Positions 15,375-27,839 of a DNA stretch of 34,727 nt are shown piece after piece (position 1 is the stretch's first letter; each line of letters starts with the position of its first letter). Under the pieces are notes generated by a model that searched no databases, had not been told where the DNA came from, and saw only the letters and a program-made list of their open reading frames with translations. Position numbers and translations under genes: made by a program. The stretch comes from Candidatus Omnitrophota bacterium (GTDB lineage: Bacteria; Omnitrophota; Gorgyraeia; 2-02-FULL-51-18): the NCBI GenBank assembly GCA_031379345.1, contig JANNFA010000023.1:1-34727 (forward strand), read 5' to 3'.

Positions 15375-17924
15375 TTATTTCTTCTCGGGAGCGGCAGTCG
15401 AAGGAGCTTCCGGGAGGCTATTATCATCTTCCGGTTCAACTTTGGCAATAGCCGTGACTTTGTCGTTGGCTTTCTTCAAATTGATGAGGCGGACACCCTG
15501 GGCGACACGGCCGGTTTCGCGGATGTCCTTCACGGAGCATCGCACCGACATGCCTTGCTGGGTCATGAGCATCAAATCGTCTTTGTCGGTCACGCAGTGG
15601 ACGCCAACAACCTCTCCGTTCTTATCGGTGACTTTCATGTTGGTCACGCCTTTGCCGCCGCGGGAGGTGATACGGTATTCATCGACCTGGGAGCGCTTGC
15701 CGAAGCCTTTTTCGGTGACAGAGAGCAAAGTCGCCTTCTTGTCGACGACTTCCATGCCGATCACATAATCCTTGGGGTCGAGGGTCATCCCGCGCACGCC
15801 GCCGGCATTTCTTCCCATGCTGCGCACAAAGCTCTCCGGGAAACGAATAGCTTTCCCCTTACGCGTCGCAATAAATATCTCGCTCTTGCCGTCGGTCAAG
15901 CTCGCTTCGATAAGCTCGTCCTTGCCGTCCAAGCCGATGGCGATGATGCCGTTACGGCGCGTGTTCTCGAAAGCGTTTAGGTCACACTTTTTGACTTGGC
16001 CCAGACGCGTCGTCATGACAAGAAACTTGCCCTCTTCGAACTTGGACACGGGAATATAAGAAGTAATCCTCTCACCCTGTGCAAGTGAGACAAAATTGGT
16101 GATGAACTTTCCCTTCGCCTGACGGCTGGCCATCGGGAGGTCGTATACCTTGATACAGAATGCTTTTCCGCGCGAGGTGAATAAAAGAAGATTGTCGTGC
16201 GTCGACGCTACAAAGAGGTGCTCGGTGAAATCTTCTTCCTGCTGACCGCTTGTGACACCCACGCCGCCGCGACGTTGTTTGCGATAAGCCGTGACCGGAA
16301 GACGCTTCACATAATTCTGATGGCTGATGGTGACGACCATGTCCTCATCGGCGATGAGGTCTTCGATGTTGAAGTCGGTGTCGGCCGCGCGGGTGATTTC
16401 GGTGCGGCGTTCATCCCCATACTTGGCCTTCAGAGCCTGTGTCTCTTCTTTGATGATCTCGAGCACTTTCTTCTCGGACTTCAGGATGGACTCGAGGTAC
16501 TCGATGCGTTTTTTAAGTTCTTTTAATTCTTCTTCAAGTTTGTGGATTTCCAGGCCGGTGAGTTTCTGCAGCTGCATCTCGAGGATGGCCTGCGCCTGCC
16601 TCTCGGAAAACTCGAACTTCTCAATCAACGCCACCTTTGCATCGGCCGGCGTTTTGGACGCGCGGATGGTCTTGATGATCTTGTCAAGGATATCGACGGC
16701 CTTCATCAGGCCTTCGACGATGTGCGAGCGTGACTTCGCTTTTTCCAGGTCGAACTTCGTACGCCGGATGATGACGTTCTTACGGTGCAGGATGTACTGC
16801 TCGAGAATGGCCTTCAGGTTCAACACCTTGGGACTGCCGTCAACCAAAGCCAGCATGATGATGCCGAACGTCGACTGCATGGCGGTGTGTTTATAAAGAA
16901 GGTTCAAGATAACCTGGGAGTTGGCGTCGCGCTTTAAGTCGATGACCAGGCGCATGCCGTCCTTGTCAGACTCGTCGCGCACGTCGGAGATGCCTTCTAT
17001 TTTCTTGTCGTTCACAAGCTCGGCGATCCGCTCGATCAAGGTCGATTTATTGACTTGGTACGGGATCTCATTTACGACGATGCACTGCTTGCCGCCCTTG
17101 AGCTCTTCCATCGTGATCTTGGCGCGCATTTTGACGATGCCGCGGCCGGTCTCATAGGCCGACTTGATGCCGTCGGTGCCGCAGATCTGGGCGCCCGTCG
17201 GGAAATCGGGGCCTTTCACGTATTTCAAAAGTTCTTTGGTAGCGACATTCGGGTCTTCTATGACGGCCGTGATGGCGTCGATCACTTCGCCCAGATTATG
17301 AGGTGGAATATTTGTGGCCATGCCGACCGCAATCCCTGAAGAGCCGTTACAAAGAAGATTTGGAAGCGCCGCGGGAAGAAGCGTGGGCTCTTCAAGCGTT
17401 TCGTCGAAGTTCGGCGCGAAATCCACCGTGTCCTTGTCGATGTCGCCCAAAATTTCACTCGTGATGGAAGCAAGGCGTGCTTCCGTATAACGCATCGCAG
17501 CGGCCGAGTCGCCGTCGACCGAACCGAAATTGCCCTGGCCATCCACGAGCGGATAGCGCAATGAAAAATCCTGAACCATGCGTACCATGGTGTCATACAC
17601 AGCGGTGTCACCATGAGGGTGATACTTCCCAAGTACTTCACCGACGATACGCGCAGATTTTTTATAGGTACGGGCGTTCTCTAGACCGAGTTCCTTCATC
17701 GCAAAGAGAATACGGCGATGCACGGGCTTCAAACCATCGCGCACATCCGGAAGCGCGCGGCCGACAATGACGCTCATCGCATAATTGAGATAGGAGTCCT
17801 TCATCTCCTTCTCGATAAAAACTGGCAGAACCTTTTCGAGACGATTGGCGGGATCGACCACGGGCAAAGCGACGGCCTTCTTGTCCTGCTTCTCGGGCTT
17901 TTTCTTTTTATCTTTGTCGGCCAT
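15375..17924 (-). CDS. gyrA: DNA gyrase subunit A
   Basis: 849-aa ORF with [30 protein letters not shown] and [10 protein letters not shown] (active-site Tyr). Confidence 0.97.
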   Translation of the reverse strand: MADKDKKKKPEKQDKKAVALPVVDPANRLEKVLPVFIEKEMKDSYLNYAMSVIVGRALPDVRDGLKPVHRRILFAMKELGLENARTYKKSARIVGEVLGKYHPHGDTAVYDTMVRMVQDFSLRYPLVDGQGNFGSVDGDSAAAMRYTEARLASITSEILGDIDKDTVDFAPNFDETLEEPTLLPAALPNLLCNGSSGIAVGMATNIPPHNLGEVIDAITAVIEDPNVATKELLKYVKGPDFPTGAQICGTDGIKSAYETGRGIVKMRAKITMEELKGGKQCIVVNEIPYQVNKSTLIERIAELVNDKKIEGISDVRDESDKDGMRLVIDLKRDANSQVILNLLYKHTAMQSTFGIIMLALVDGSPKVLNLKAILEQYILHRKNVIIRRTKFDLEKAKSRSHIVEGLMKAVDILDKIIKTIRASKTPADAKVALIEKFEFSERQAQAILEMQLQKLTGLEIHKLEEELKELKKRIEYLESILKSEKKVLEIIKEETQALKAKYGDERRTEITRAADTDFNIEDLIADEDMVVTISHQNYVKRLPVTAYRKQRRGGVGVTSGQQEEDFTEHLFVASTHDNLLLFTSRGKAFCIKVYDLPMASRQAKGKFITNFVSLAQGERITSYIPVSKFEEGKFLVMTTRLGQVKKCDLNAFENTRRNGIIAIGLDGKDELIEASLTDGKSEIFIATRKGKAIRFPESFVRSMGRNAGGVRGMTLDPKDYVIGMEVVDKKATLLSVTEKGFGKRSQVDEYRITSRGGKGVTNMKVTDKNGEVVGVHCVTDKDDLMLMTQQGMSVRCSVKDIRETGRVAQGVRLINLKKANDKVTAIAKVEPEDDNSLPEAPSTAAPEKK

Positions 17925-17925
17925 A

Positions 17926-20698
<2,773 letters not shown>

Positions 20699-20702
<4 letters not shown>

Positions 20703-21808
20703 GTCACCTGCATCGGCAGGACGATGTAAGTGTAATCGTCCCCGCATTTGATCACTGCGGGCTTTTCTGGATCTACAAAACTAAACCTCACACTTTCTTC
20801 CTGCACGTTCTTAAGCACGTCGATCAAAAAGCTAGGGTTAAATCCAATCACAAACTCGCCACCTTTATAATCTACCTCTAACTCCTCGCGCGCCTCACCC
20901 AATTCTGGGGTGCTCTTGGTAATGATCATCCGGTCTTTAATAATGTTTATTTTCACTGACTGGGAATCCTGGCTCGTCAGGATGCTCGCACGCCGTGTTG
21001 CTTGTAAAAAATCTTGGGTATTTAAGTTTACTTCTTCTTTTGTTTTTTTTGGGATGACTTGCTCGTAATTTGGATATTCCCCCTCTATCAAACGAGAAGT
21101 AATTTGTAATTGGCCTAGGTTTATTAAGAGTTGGTTTTCTTTAAAATAAAAAAGAACATCCCCCTCATCACCTAAGTTACGATTTAATTCTTGGATCGTT
21201 TTCATTGGGATAATAACGTCTTTTTTTAAACTTCCCAGATCTGGTAGGTCTTTTTGAATAATAGCTAATCTCCGTCCATCTGTCGCAACTAACTTTAAAG
21301 CTTTATCTTTAAAACTAAAAAGAATTCCATTTAAAATATAACGGGTTTCATCATGACTCATCGCAAAAGAAGTGAGTTGAATCATATTTTTCATTTTCTT
21401 TTGAGGAATTTTTACAAAGTCCCCTGATTTTGTACTTGCCGGAACTTCGGGTAATTGAGGAAAATCTTCCCGAACCAATCCTATCAACTTAAAATAACTT
21501 TTCCCAGCCTCAATACTAACCGATTGCCCTTTTTTTAAAGAAATATGGATCGATGCCTCATTTGGAAGTTCTTTAATAATCTCGCTGAATTTACGCGCCG
21601 GGACCGTAAATGAACCCTCTTCAATAATTTCACCCTCCACCTTCATTGAAATCCCAATTTCCAAATCCGTCGCCGTTAAGCGTATCTCATTCTTTTTAGC
21701 CTCTATTAGAATATGAGAAAGTATGGGCAGAGTATTTTTTGAACTAACAGCGTTCTGCACGATCTGAATACCCTTTAAAAGACTGTCTTTAGTGGTGTGT
21801 ATTTTCAA
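20699..21808 (-). CDS. dnaN: DNA polymerase III beta sliding clamp
   Basis: 369-aa ORF ending in typical PMQV-like LPMQVT. TTG start preceded by AGAGGGGGA. Lies immediately downstream of dnaA. Confidence 0.95.
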
Positions 21809-21879
21809 GTTATCCCCCTCTGTTCTATCTTTTTAATTAATTAAAGAGAAAAATAGTCTTAATCGTAGTCCTTGTGAAT

Positions 21880-21999
21880 TCTGTGTTATAACCATAACTT
21901 ATTATATTTTAATAGGTTATAGATTTAACAAACTGTGGATAAATACCGACTTACCCACAGAGAGCTCATTTTTTAATGTCAAACATCAACTTATCCACA
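21880..21999. other. Putative oriC segment (dnaA-dnaN spacer) with DnaA boxes
   Basis: Perfect TGTGGATAA at 21934-21942, TTACCCACA (1 mismatch) at 21951-21959, and perfect TTATCCACA at 21991-21999 (inside the dnaA 3' end). An AT-rich run spans 21890-21930. Confidence 0.55.
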
Positions 22000-23324
22000 A
22001 GAGATTTTGTCTTAGGTTCCCTCTTCACATCTTTCTTAATTTTCTCATAAGCATGAAGGATGGTGGTGTGATCCCGGCCCCCAAATTGTTCCCCTATCTC
22101 AGGATATGAATAGGGTGTCATCTCTCTAGAAAGGTACATGGCGATATGTCTTGGGTAAGCCACATTGCGTGAACGACGCTTGGCCGTCATGTCAGATAAG
22201 CGTATCTCAAAGTATTCCGCCACCTTCCTCTGAATAAGGTCGACCGTGATCCTTTTTTGATTTTCCACGATCATATCTTTTAAGACTTCTTGGGCGACGG
22301 CTTCATCCACTTCCCGACCCACCAACTTCGAATAAGCCACCACGCGGATAAGAGCGCCCTCTAGTTCGCGGATATTGGATTTGATCTTATCGGCGATAAA
22401 GGTGGTCACTTCGTCGCGGATATTGAGATTTTCTCTTTCGGCCTTTTTTCGGAGGATGGCGCTGCGCGTCTCAAAATCAGGCGGCTGGATGTCTGTCACG
22501 AGGCCCCACTCAAAACGAGAGATAAGACGTTCTTCCATATTAGCGATTTCCTTCGGGGGCTTGTCGCTCGAGACCACGATCTGTTTGTGCGCGTCGTAGA
22601 GCGCGTTGAAGGTATTAAAAAACTCCTCCATCGTCGCTTCTTTTCCGCCAATAAAATGAATGTCGTCGATGAGCAGGCAATCCACCGTGCGGTATTTGTC
22701 GCGAAACTTCACCGTTGTCCCGGTCTTGATGGCATTGATGAGCTGGTTTGTGAATTTTTCGCTGGTCATGTACAGCACTTTTGCTTGCGGGTTGAGACGC
22801 TGCATCTCATGGCCGACCGCCTGCATGAGATGGGTTTTACCAAGACCGACCGGACCGTAAATGAACAAAGGATTGTATGACTTGGCCGGCGCTTCGGCGA
22901 CCGCCATCGAGGCGGCATGCGCAAAACGGTTCGAGGGCCCCACCACGAAGCTCTCAAAAGTATATTTGGAATTAAGCACGCTCTCATTGGAGGGCATAGG
23001 ATAGGAAGTGGCTCTCGTGGGTGGCGCTTGCGAAGGTGATGAGACCGCGGTCTGTGTCGAAGGCTGGATTCTAAAACCGATCTGCCCCTCTGTCGTCCCA
23101 AGCGCCTCGTTCAAACAGGCAAGGATCATATTCCCGTAGTGATCGACGACCCAATTTTTGTAGAACTCATCCGGGATAGCCAATAAAAGATGGTTGTCGT
23201 CGAAGTCCAGAGGTTCGATCGGTTGTATCCAGCGCTCGAAAGCAGGAACCGATAGCTCCTTTTGAAGGGAATCTAGAATTTTGACCCAAACTTGCGCTGC
23301 GGTGAGTTTCAGTAAGTTATCCAC
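21966..23324 (-). CDS. dnaA: Chromosomal replication initiator DnaA
   Basis: 452-aa ORF with AAA+ Walker A GPVGLGKTHL, LLIDDIHF, and C-terminal DNA-binding helix motifs RHIAMYLSRE and GGRDHTTILHAYEKI. GTG start. Confidence 0.97.
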   Translation of the reverse strand: MDNLLKLTAAQVWVKILDSLQKELSVPAFERWIQPIEPLDFDDNHLLLAIPDEFYKNWVVDHYGNMILACLNEALGTTEGQIGFRIQPSTQTAVSSPSQAPPTRATSYPMPSNESVLNSKYTFESFVVGPSNRFAHAASMAVAEAPAKSYNPLFIYGPVGLGKTHLMQAVGHEMQRLNPQAKVLYMTSEKFTNQLINAIKTGTTVKFRDKYRTVDCLLIDDIHFIGGKEATMEEFFNTFNALYDAHKQIVVSSDKPPKEIANMEERLISRFEWGLVTDIQPPDFETRSAILRKKAERENLNIRDEVTTFIADKIKSNIRELEGALIRVVAYSKLVGREVDEAVAQEVLKDMIVENQKRITVDLIQRKVAEYFEIRLSDMTAKRRSRNVAYPRHIAMYLSREMTPYSYPEIGEQFGGRDHTTILHAYEKIKKDVKREPKTKSLVDKLMFDIKK

Positions 23325-23471
23325 AAATCAACCAGAAATTAGGATTCAAAAGCACAATTTATTCTTATTACTGCATTATTTAAAACAACTTATATAAAAT
23401 TAATAGAACAAATATTAATAAATCTAAAACCCATTTTATATTAACATGTTATCCACATGGGCTGTGGATTG
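23317..23471. other. Putative oriC segment upstream of dnaA: DnaA boxes plus a very AT-rich tract
   Basis: Perfect TTATCCACA at 23317-23325 and 23449-23457, and a convergent TGTGGATTG at 23463-23471. The tract at about 23330-23445 is almost devoid of G/C and is a DUE candidate. Confidence 0.55.
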
Positions 23472-23532
23472 TTAAGACAGGAGCGTATTATAACAAGCAC
23501 CCCCAGGGTTTGCAATGGAATTTAATTTATAT

Positions 23533-23560
23533 TTGACTCGACTGCCCTCTGTGTTATAAT
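23533..23560 (+). promoter_or_regulatory. rpmH promoter (consensus-like, extended -10)
   Basis: TTGACT (23533-23538), a 16-nt spacer, then TGT-TATAAT (23552-23560). The ATG at 23570 lies only 9 nt after the -10, so the mRNA is near-leaderless and has no SD. Confidence 0.6.
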
Positions 23561-23569
23561 CCAACCCTT

Positions 23570-23707
23570 ATGAAGAAAACCCTAACCAATAAATCAGTCA
23601 TCAAACGTCTTCGCACGCATGGTTTCCGCCGCAAGATGAGAACACAGGACGGGCGCGCAGTGCTTCGTCGCCGCCGGCAAAAGGGACGCAAGAAGCTGAC
23701 CGTTTAG
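23570..23707 (+). CDS. rpmH: 50S ribosomal protein L34
   Basis: Below the ORF-track size cutoff. My translation is [45 protein letters not shown] (45 aa), a classic L34 sequence in the classic position. Confidence 0.92.
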   Translation: MKKTLTNKSVIKRLRTHGFRRKMRTQDGRAVLRRRRQKGRKKLTV

Positions 23708-23723
23708 CCGGTATTGTAGGGTT

Positions 23724-23987
23724 ATGGAACATTGGTTGTCGCTCAAAGTTCTGGAATCCCCTCTGCCTGATCCGATAAAGCGCCCGCCGAAGGTGTATAT
23801 CTCGATCCCGAAGAGTACGGTAAAAATGGCAGTCATGCGCAACCGTTTGAAGCGGGTCCTGCGTGAAGCGGTGAAGCGTGATTCTTTTTTTGAGAACAAC
23901 AAAATATACCGGCTGAGAGTGACCAGTTTGCCGAAAACGGTGGATCTGAGAACGGCCCAAAAAGTTCTGGGAGTAGTGCATGCTTAA
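23724..23987 (+). CDS. rnpA: RNase P protein component (short form)
   Basis: 87-aa ORF with the RNR motif AVMRNRLKRVLREAV. Sits in the rpmH-rnpA-yidD-yidC synteny. Confidence 0.8.
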   Translation: MEHWLSLKVLESPLPDPIKRPPKVYISIPKSTVKMAVMRNRLKRVLREAVKRDSFFENNKIYRLRVTSLPKTVDLRTAQKVLGVVHA

Positions 23988-24201
23988 AAATTTACTGATA
24001 TCCCTGGTGCGTTTTGTTTCTCTGGCTTTCCGTGCCCTCGGCTGGCGTGCCTGCCGGTTCTACCCCACCTGCTCAGAGTATTCGATAGAAGCATTGGGGC
24101 GTTTCGGCAGTCTAAGGGCGGCTCTTCTGAGCTTTGCGAGAATTTTACGCTGTCAACCTTTCTGCCTGGGCGGCTTTGACCCGTTGCCGAAAGAAAAGTA
24201 A
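23980..24201 (+). CDS. yidD: Membrane protein insertion efficiency factor YidD
   Basis: 73-aa ORF with CRFYPTCSEYSIEAL and GGFDPLP motifs. Confidence 0.88.
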   Translation: MLKNLLISLVRFVSLAFRALGWRACRFYPTCSEYSIEALGRFGSLRAALLSFARILRCQPFCLGGFDPLPKEK

Positions 24202-25820
24202 TGGAAAAAAGAACCCTTATCGCACTTGCGCTGTCGTTCATGGTGCTAGGCTTCTACCCTCTCGTTTTACAGAAGTTTTACCCCGACTACTACAATAAGA
24301 AGGCCGTTTCGTCGCCCGTAAAACAAGGTGGCGCTGCTGCCGTCCCGGGTCATGTGTCTGATAAATTTATTAAAGCGGATAACTTTCTTCCTGAGGAGGA
24401 TCTAGCGATAAAAAATTCCGCGCTTGCGCTGGTGTTTAATAAAAAAGACGGTGGCATTCGTGAGGCCGGGTTCCCCCGCTTCATTGATTCGGAGACGTCC
24501 AGGCCTATACAGTTTATTTCATTGAAGAGCATTGGTGTTTCGACAGGAGCGCTTTTAGCGACGAGCGGCTCGGATTCAGCGATGGTGACAGATTTTTCTG
24601 GAGAGGCGAGTGGCGACAGCGCTTCTTTTTCCGCCCGTGCTTTGGGTGGCAAGATTGGTGTTACAAAATCTTTTTCATTTGATGGAGATTCAAGCGGAAA
24701 GCTCCTGATTCGCCTGGAAAACATGACGGACGCGCCGACGGAGCTTAGCTATGAACTGATCGTCGGTTCGGGTATTCTTCCCCGTCATTCGATCGACGCG
24801 CAGTACATCGAAGCAAACTTTTTTTCGCAGACAGGCGAAAAGAAGATTCTGAAGCATGTGAAGGAAAACCGAGTCGGAAAGCTTGTGGCAAGCGGCGCTC
24901 CCGTTATATGGGCTGCCGTGAAAGACAGGCATTTCTCTATCATTATGAAGCCGGAAGATGCCGGCTCGTTTACCGGTCTTGTGCGTGGTCTCGGCGCGCA
25001 TGATTTTGCCGCTTCTCTTGTTTCTCAGAAGATCACGATTCAGCCCAAGAGTGCTGTCGAGCAGGCATTTCTGCTTTATATCGGGCCCAATGAGATCGAG
25101 CCTTTGGAAAAACTAGGACTCGGCGACCTCGTTAATTTTGGAAAGTTCGATATGATTGGAAAGCTATTTGTCGGTGCTCTGGAGCTTTTGCAGAAACTTT
25201 TCCGGAATTATGGCCTATCAATAATCGTCCTCACAACCCTTATCAATCTGGTGCTCTTTCCGCTCACGCGCGTGAGCTATATGTCCATGAAGCGCATGCA
25301 GCTCATTCAGCCGCAGATGAACAAGTTGAAAGAGCATCACAAGAAAAACCCAGAAAAACTGAACAAAGAAATGATGGAGCTTTATAAGAAGCACAAGGTG
25401 AACCCATTCGGCGGTTGTTTGCCGATGGTAATCCAAATACCAATTTTTATCGCTTTGTATGTCGCGCTTTCCAAATCCGTGATCCTTATCAACTCTCATT
25501 TTCTTTGGGTCAAGGATCTTTCCTCGCCCGATCGCGTCTACCTTCCATTTACGTTGCCTTTCCTCGGTAATTCTATCCACCTCCTTCCGCTTCTTATGTG
25601 CGCTGCGATGGTGATCCAGCAAAAATTTACGCAGATCAAGATGAGTGGCCAGGATCCCGCGATGGAAGCACAGCAAAAAATGATGGCCGTGATGATGCCG
25701 GTCGTGTTCGGGTTTGTATTTTATCAGATGCCTTCCGGCCTAGTTCTTTACTGGTTAACGAACACCGCGCTGACGCTTTCCTACCAGTTGCGCCTAAAGA
25801 ATATGACGCTGGCCGCTTAA
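24201..25820 (+). CDS. yidC: Membrane protein insertase YidC
   Basis: 539-aa ORF with a periplasmic P1 domain followed by the conserved core (NPFGGCLPMVIQIPIFIALY, PSGLVLYWLTNT). TAATG overlap with yidD. Confidence 0.92.
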   Translation: MEKRTLIALALSFMVLGFYPLVLQKFYPDYYNKKAVSSPVKQGGAAAVPGHVSDKFIKADNFLPEEDLAIKNSALALVFNKKDGGIREAGFPRFIDSETSRPIQFISLKSIGVSTGALLATSGSDSAMVTDFSGEASGDSASFSARALGGKIGVTKSFSFDGDSSGKLLIRLENMTDAPTELSYELIVGSGILPRHSIDAQYIEANFFSQTGEKKILKHVKENRVGKLVASGAPVIWAAVKDRHFSIIMKPEDAGSFTGLVRGLGAHDFAASLVSQKITIQPKSAVEQAFLLYIGPNEIEPLEKLGLGDLVNFGKFDMIGKLFVGALELLQKLFRNYGLSIIVLTTLINLVLFPLTRVSYMSMKRMQLIQPQMNKLKEHHKKNPEKLNKEMMELYKKHKVNPFGGCLPMVIQIPIFIALYVALSKSVILINSHFLWVKDLSSPDRVYLPFTLPFLGNSIHLLPLLMCAAMVIQQKFTQIKMSGQDPAMEAQQKMMAVMMPVVFGFVFYQMPSGLVLYWLTNTALTLSYQLRLKNMTLAA

Positions 25821-25844
25821 GGCGGTCCTCTCTTTAAAAGATTT

Positions 25845-27665
25845 ATGCCTGTTATCACTGAGACGAAATATGACGTGATTGTCATTGGTGCCGGCCACGC
25901 GGGCTGTGAGGCCGCTCTGGCTTCTGCCCGCATGGGCGCCAAGACCTTGATGCTTACAATGAACCTGGATGCGGTCGCGCAGATGTCCTGCAATCCCGCG
26001 ATAGGCGGTATCGCCAAAGGCCATATCGTTCGCGAGATTGATGCTCTCGGCGGCGAGATGGCGAAAGTCACCGACTCAACGGGTATTCAATTCCGCATGT
26101 TAAACACCTCCAAGGGCCCCGCTGTGCGTGCGCCACGAGCGCAATGCGACAAGCGCATGTACGCGATGACGATGAAGAATGTCCTCGAAAGCCAGCCGAA
26201 TCTTGATTTAAAACAAGGCGAAGTAAAAGAAATCATTACAAATGGAAACACCGTTGAAGGCGTCGTCACATCGATCGAAACGATCTACCATTCCAAAGCC
26301 GTTATCATCACGACCGGAACTTTTCTAAATGGCCTTATCCATATTGGTGACGTGACTTTCGGCGGCGGTCGCGCCGGTGACAAAGCGTCTCATGGATTAT
26401 CGGGTTGTCTCACCGCTCTAGGATTTGAGATCAAGCGCTTGAAGACCGGCACTCCCCCGCGTTTGAACGCGCGTACGATCGACTTTTCAAAATTAGCGCC
26501 GCAACTTGGCGACGAACTCCCCTCCCCTTTTAGTTTTCAAACAGAAAAAATCACCCAAACACAGCTGCCTTGCCACATCACATTCACCAATGAAAAAACG
26601 CATGACATCATCCGTGAGAATATTCACCGCTCTCCCCTATATTCCGGAAAAATACAAAGTCGCGGGCCCAGGTACTGTCCCTCCATCGAAGATAAAATAT
26701 TTCGCTTCGCCGATAAGAAGAGGCACCAGCTATTTCTGGAACCTGAGGGTCGTTTTACTCAGGAAGTTTATATCAACGGACTATCAACAAGTTTTCCACA
26801 AGATATTCAAATAAAATTAGTAAATAGCATAGAAGGTCTTGAAAATACTGAACTTATGAGATTTGGATATGCCGTAGAATACGACTTTTGCCCGCCGACC
26901 CAGGTGTATGCCACCCTCGAAACCAAGCGGATAGAGAACCTTTATTTAGCGGGACAGATTAACGGAACGTCGGGCTATGAAGAGGCGGCTTGTCAAGGCT
27001 TGATGGCGGCCATCAATGCAGTTCTTAAGATACGGCATAAAAAACCTTTGATTTTAGGTCGTTCGGAAGCGTATATCGGAGTGCTGATCGACGACCTGGT
27101 AACCAATGGCACAGACGAACCTTACCGTATGTTTACCTCCCGGGCAGAGCATCGCTTAGTATTGAGACAAGACAATGCAGATGAAAGACTTATGGAACAT
27201 GGAAACGCACTTGGGTTGATTCAGAATGACGTTTTTAATCATTTTAAAAGACAGCAAAAATCGATCGAAGGTTGGATAGAAAAGATTCGTTCGACACGAT
27301 ATGAACAGGTGTCGATGGACCAGTATTTACGCCGGCCAGAGACCAATCTTCAGGAAGTTTTAGGATTGATGAACGAGACAATAGGGGATAGCCAGGTTGC
27401 TTCCAAGGTTGAAATCGAGATTAAGTACGCCGGATATGTTCAAAGAGAGCTGAATGTAGCCAATCGTCTCAAGCAGCACGAAGAGAAGAAGATTCCTGTA
27501 GAGTTTAACTACCAAGAAGTCAAGGGATTGGGGAGAGAGGCGAGGGAGAAGTTAGAGAAGGTAAGGCCCATTTCCCTTGGACAGGCCTCGCGCATCTCTG
27601 GTGTCACGCCCTGTGACATTTCACTCCTAGCAATCACCATCGAGAAGTTCAAGCGCTCCAGATAA
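25845..27665 (+). CDS. mnmG: tRNA uridine 5-carboxymethylaminomethyl modification enzyme MnmG (GidA)
   Basis: 606-aa ORF with FAD motif YDVIVIGAGHAGCEAA, then SCNPAIGGIAKGHIVREIDALGG and GPRYCPSIEDK. Confidence 0.95.
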   Translation: MPVITETKYDVIVIGAGHAGCEAALASARMGAKTLMLTMNLDAVAQMSCNPAIGGIAKGHIVREIDALGGEMAKVTDSTGIQFRMLNTSKGPAVRAPRAQCDKRMYAMTMKNVLESQPNLDLKQGEVKEIITNGNTVEGVVTSIETIYHSKAVIITTGTFLNGLIHIGDVTFGGGRAGDKASHGLSGCLTALGFEIKRLKTGTPPRLNARTIDFSKLAPQLGDELPSPFSFQTEKITQTQLPCHITFTNEKTHDIIRENIHRSPLYSGKIQSRGPRYCPSIEDKIFRFADKKRHQLFLEPEGRFTQEVYINGLSTSFPQDIQIKLVNSIEGLENTELMRFGYAVEYDFCPPTQVYATLETKRIENLYLAGQINGTSGYEEAACQGLMAAINAVLKIRHKKPLILGRSEAYIGVLIDDLVTNGTDEPYRMFTSRAEHRLVLRQDNADERLMEHGNALGLIQNDVFNHFKRQQKSIEGWIEKIRSTRYEQVSMDQYLRRPETNLQEVLGLMNETIGDSQVASKVEIEIKYAGYVQRELNVANRLKQHEEKKIPVEFNYQEVKGLGREAREKLEKVRPISLGQASRISGVTPCDISLLAITIEKFKRSR

Positions 27666-27703
27666 GCGGTTTCCACGTAGAAACTTCAAATCTGACCGGT
27701 ATA

Positions 27704-27771
27704 GCGGGTACGTATTCTCCGGAGGGAGCGCGACCCCCTGGTCGCAGGCCCGGAGGAGAATACGTAGCCGC
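27704..27771. repeat. Nested GC-capped hairpin between mnmG and parA
   Basis: The outer stem is GCGG-g-TACGTATTCTCC (27704-27720) pairing with GGAGAATACGTA-g-CCGC (27755-27771). The inner perfect hairpin is GCGACC-ccct-GGTCGC (27730-27745). No U-tract follows. Confidence 0.55.
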
Positions 27772-27839
27772 GTAATAAATGGCACAGAAGCAAGAAATAA
27801 CATTTGCCTCAAGAAAGTGAATCAGTTACACTGCAAGTA

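Noticed and set aside
27804-27839. Long N-terminal extensions proposed by the ORF track (parA TTG 27804, yicC 29990, DUF721 20747, zinc-ribbon protein 12516, hydroxylase 12010, tag 3579)
   Set aside because: The extensions overlap the preceding genes and lack family similarity. The internal starts restore canonical N-termini or the ATGA/TAATG coupling.
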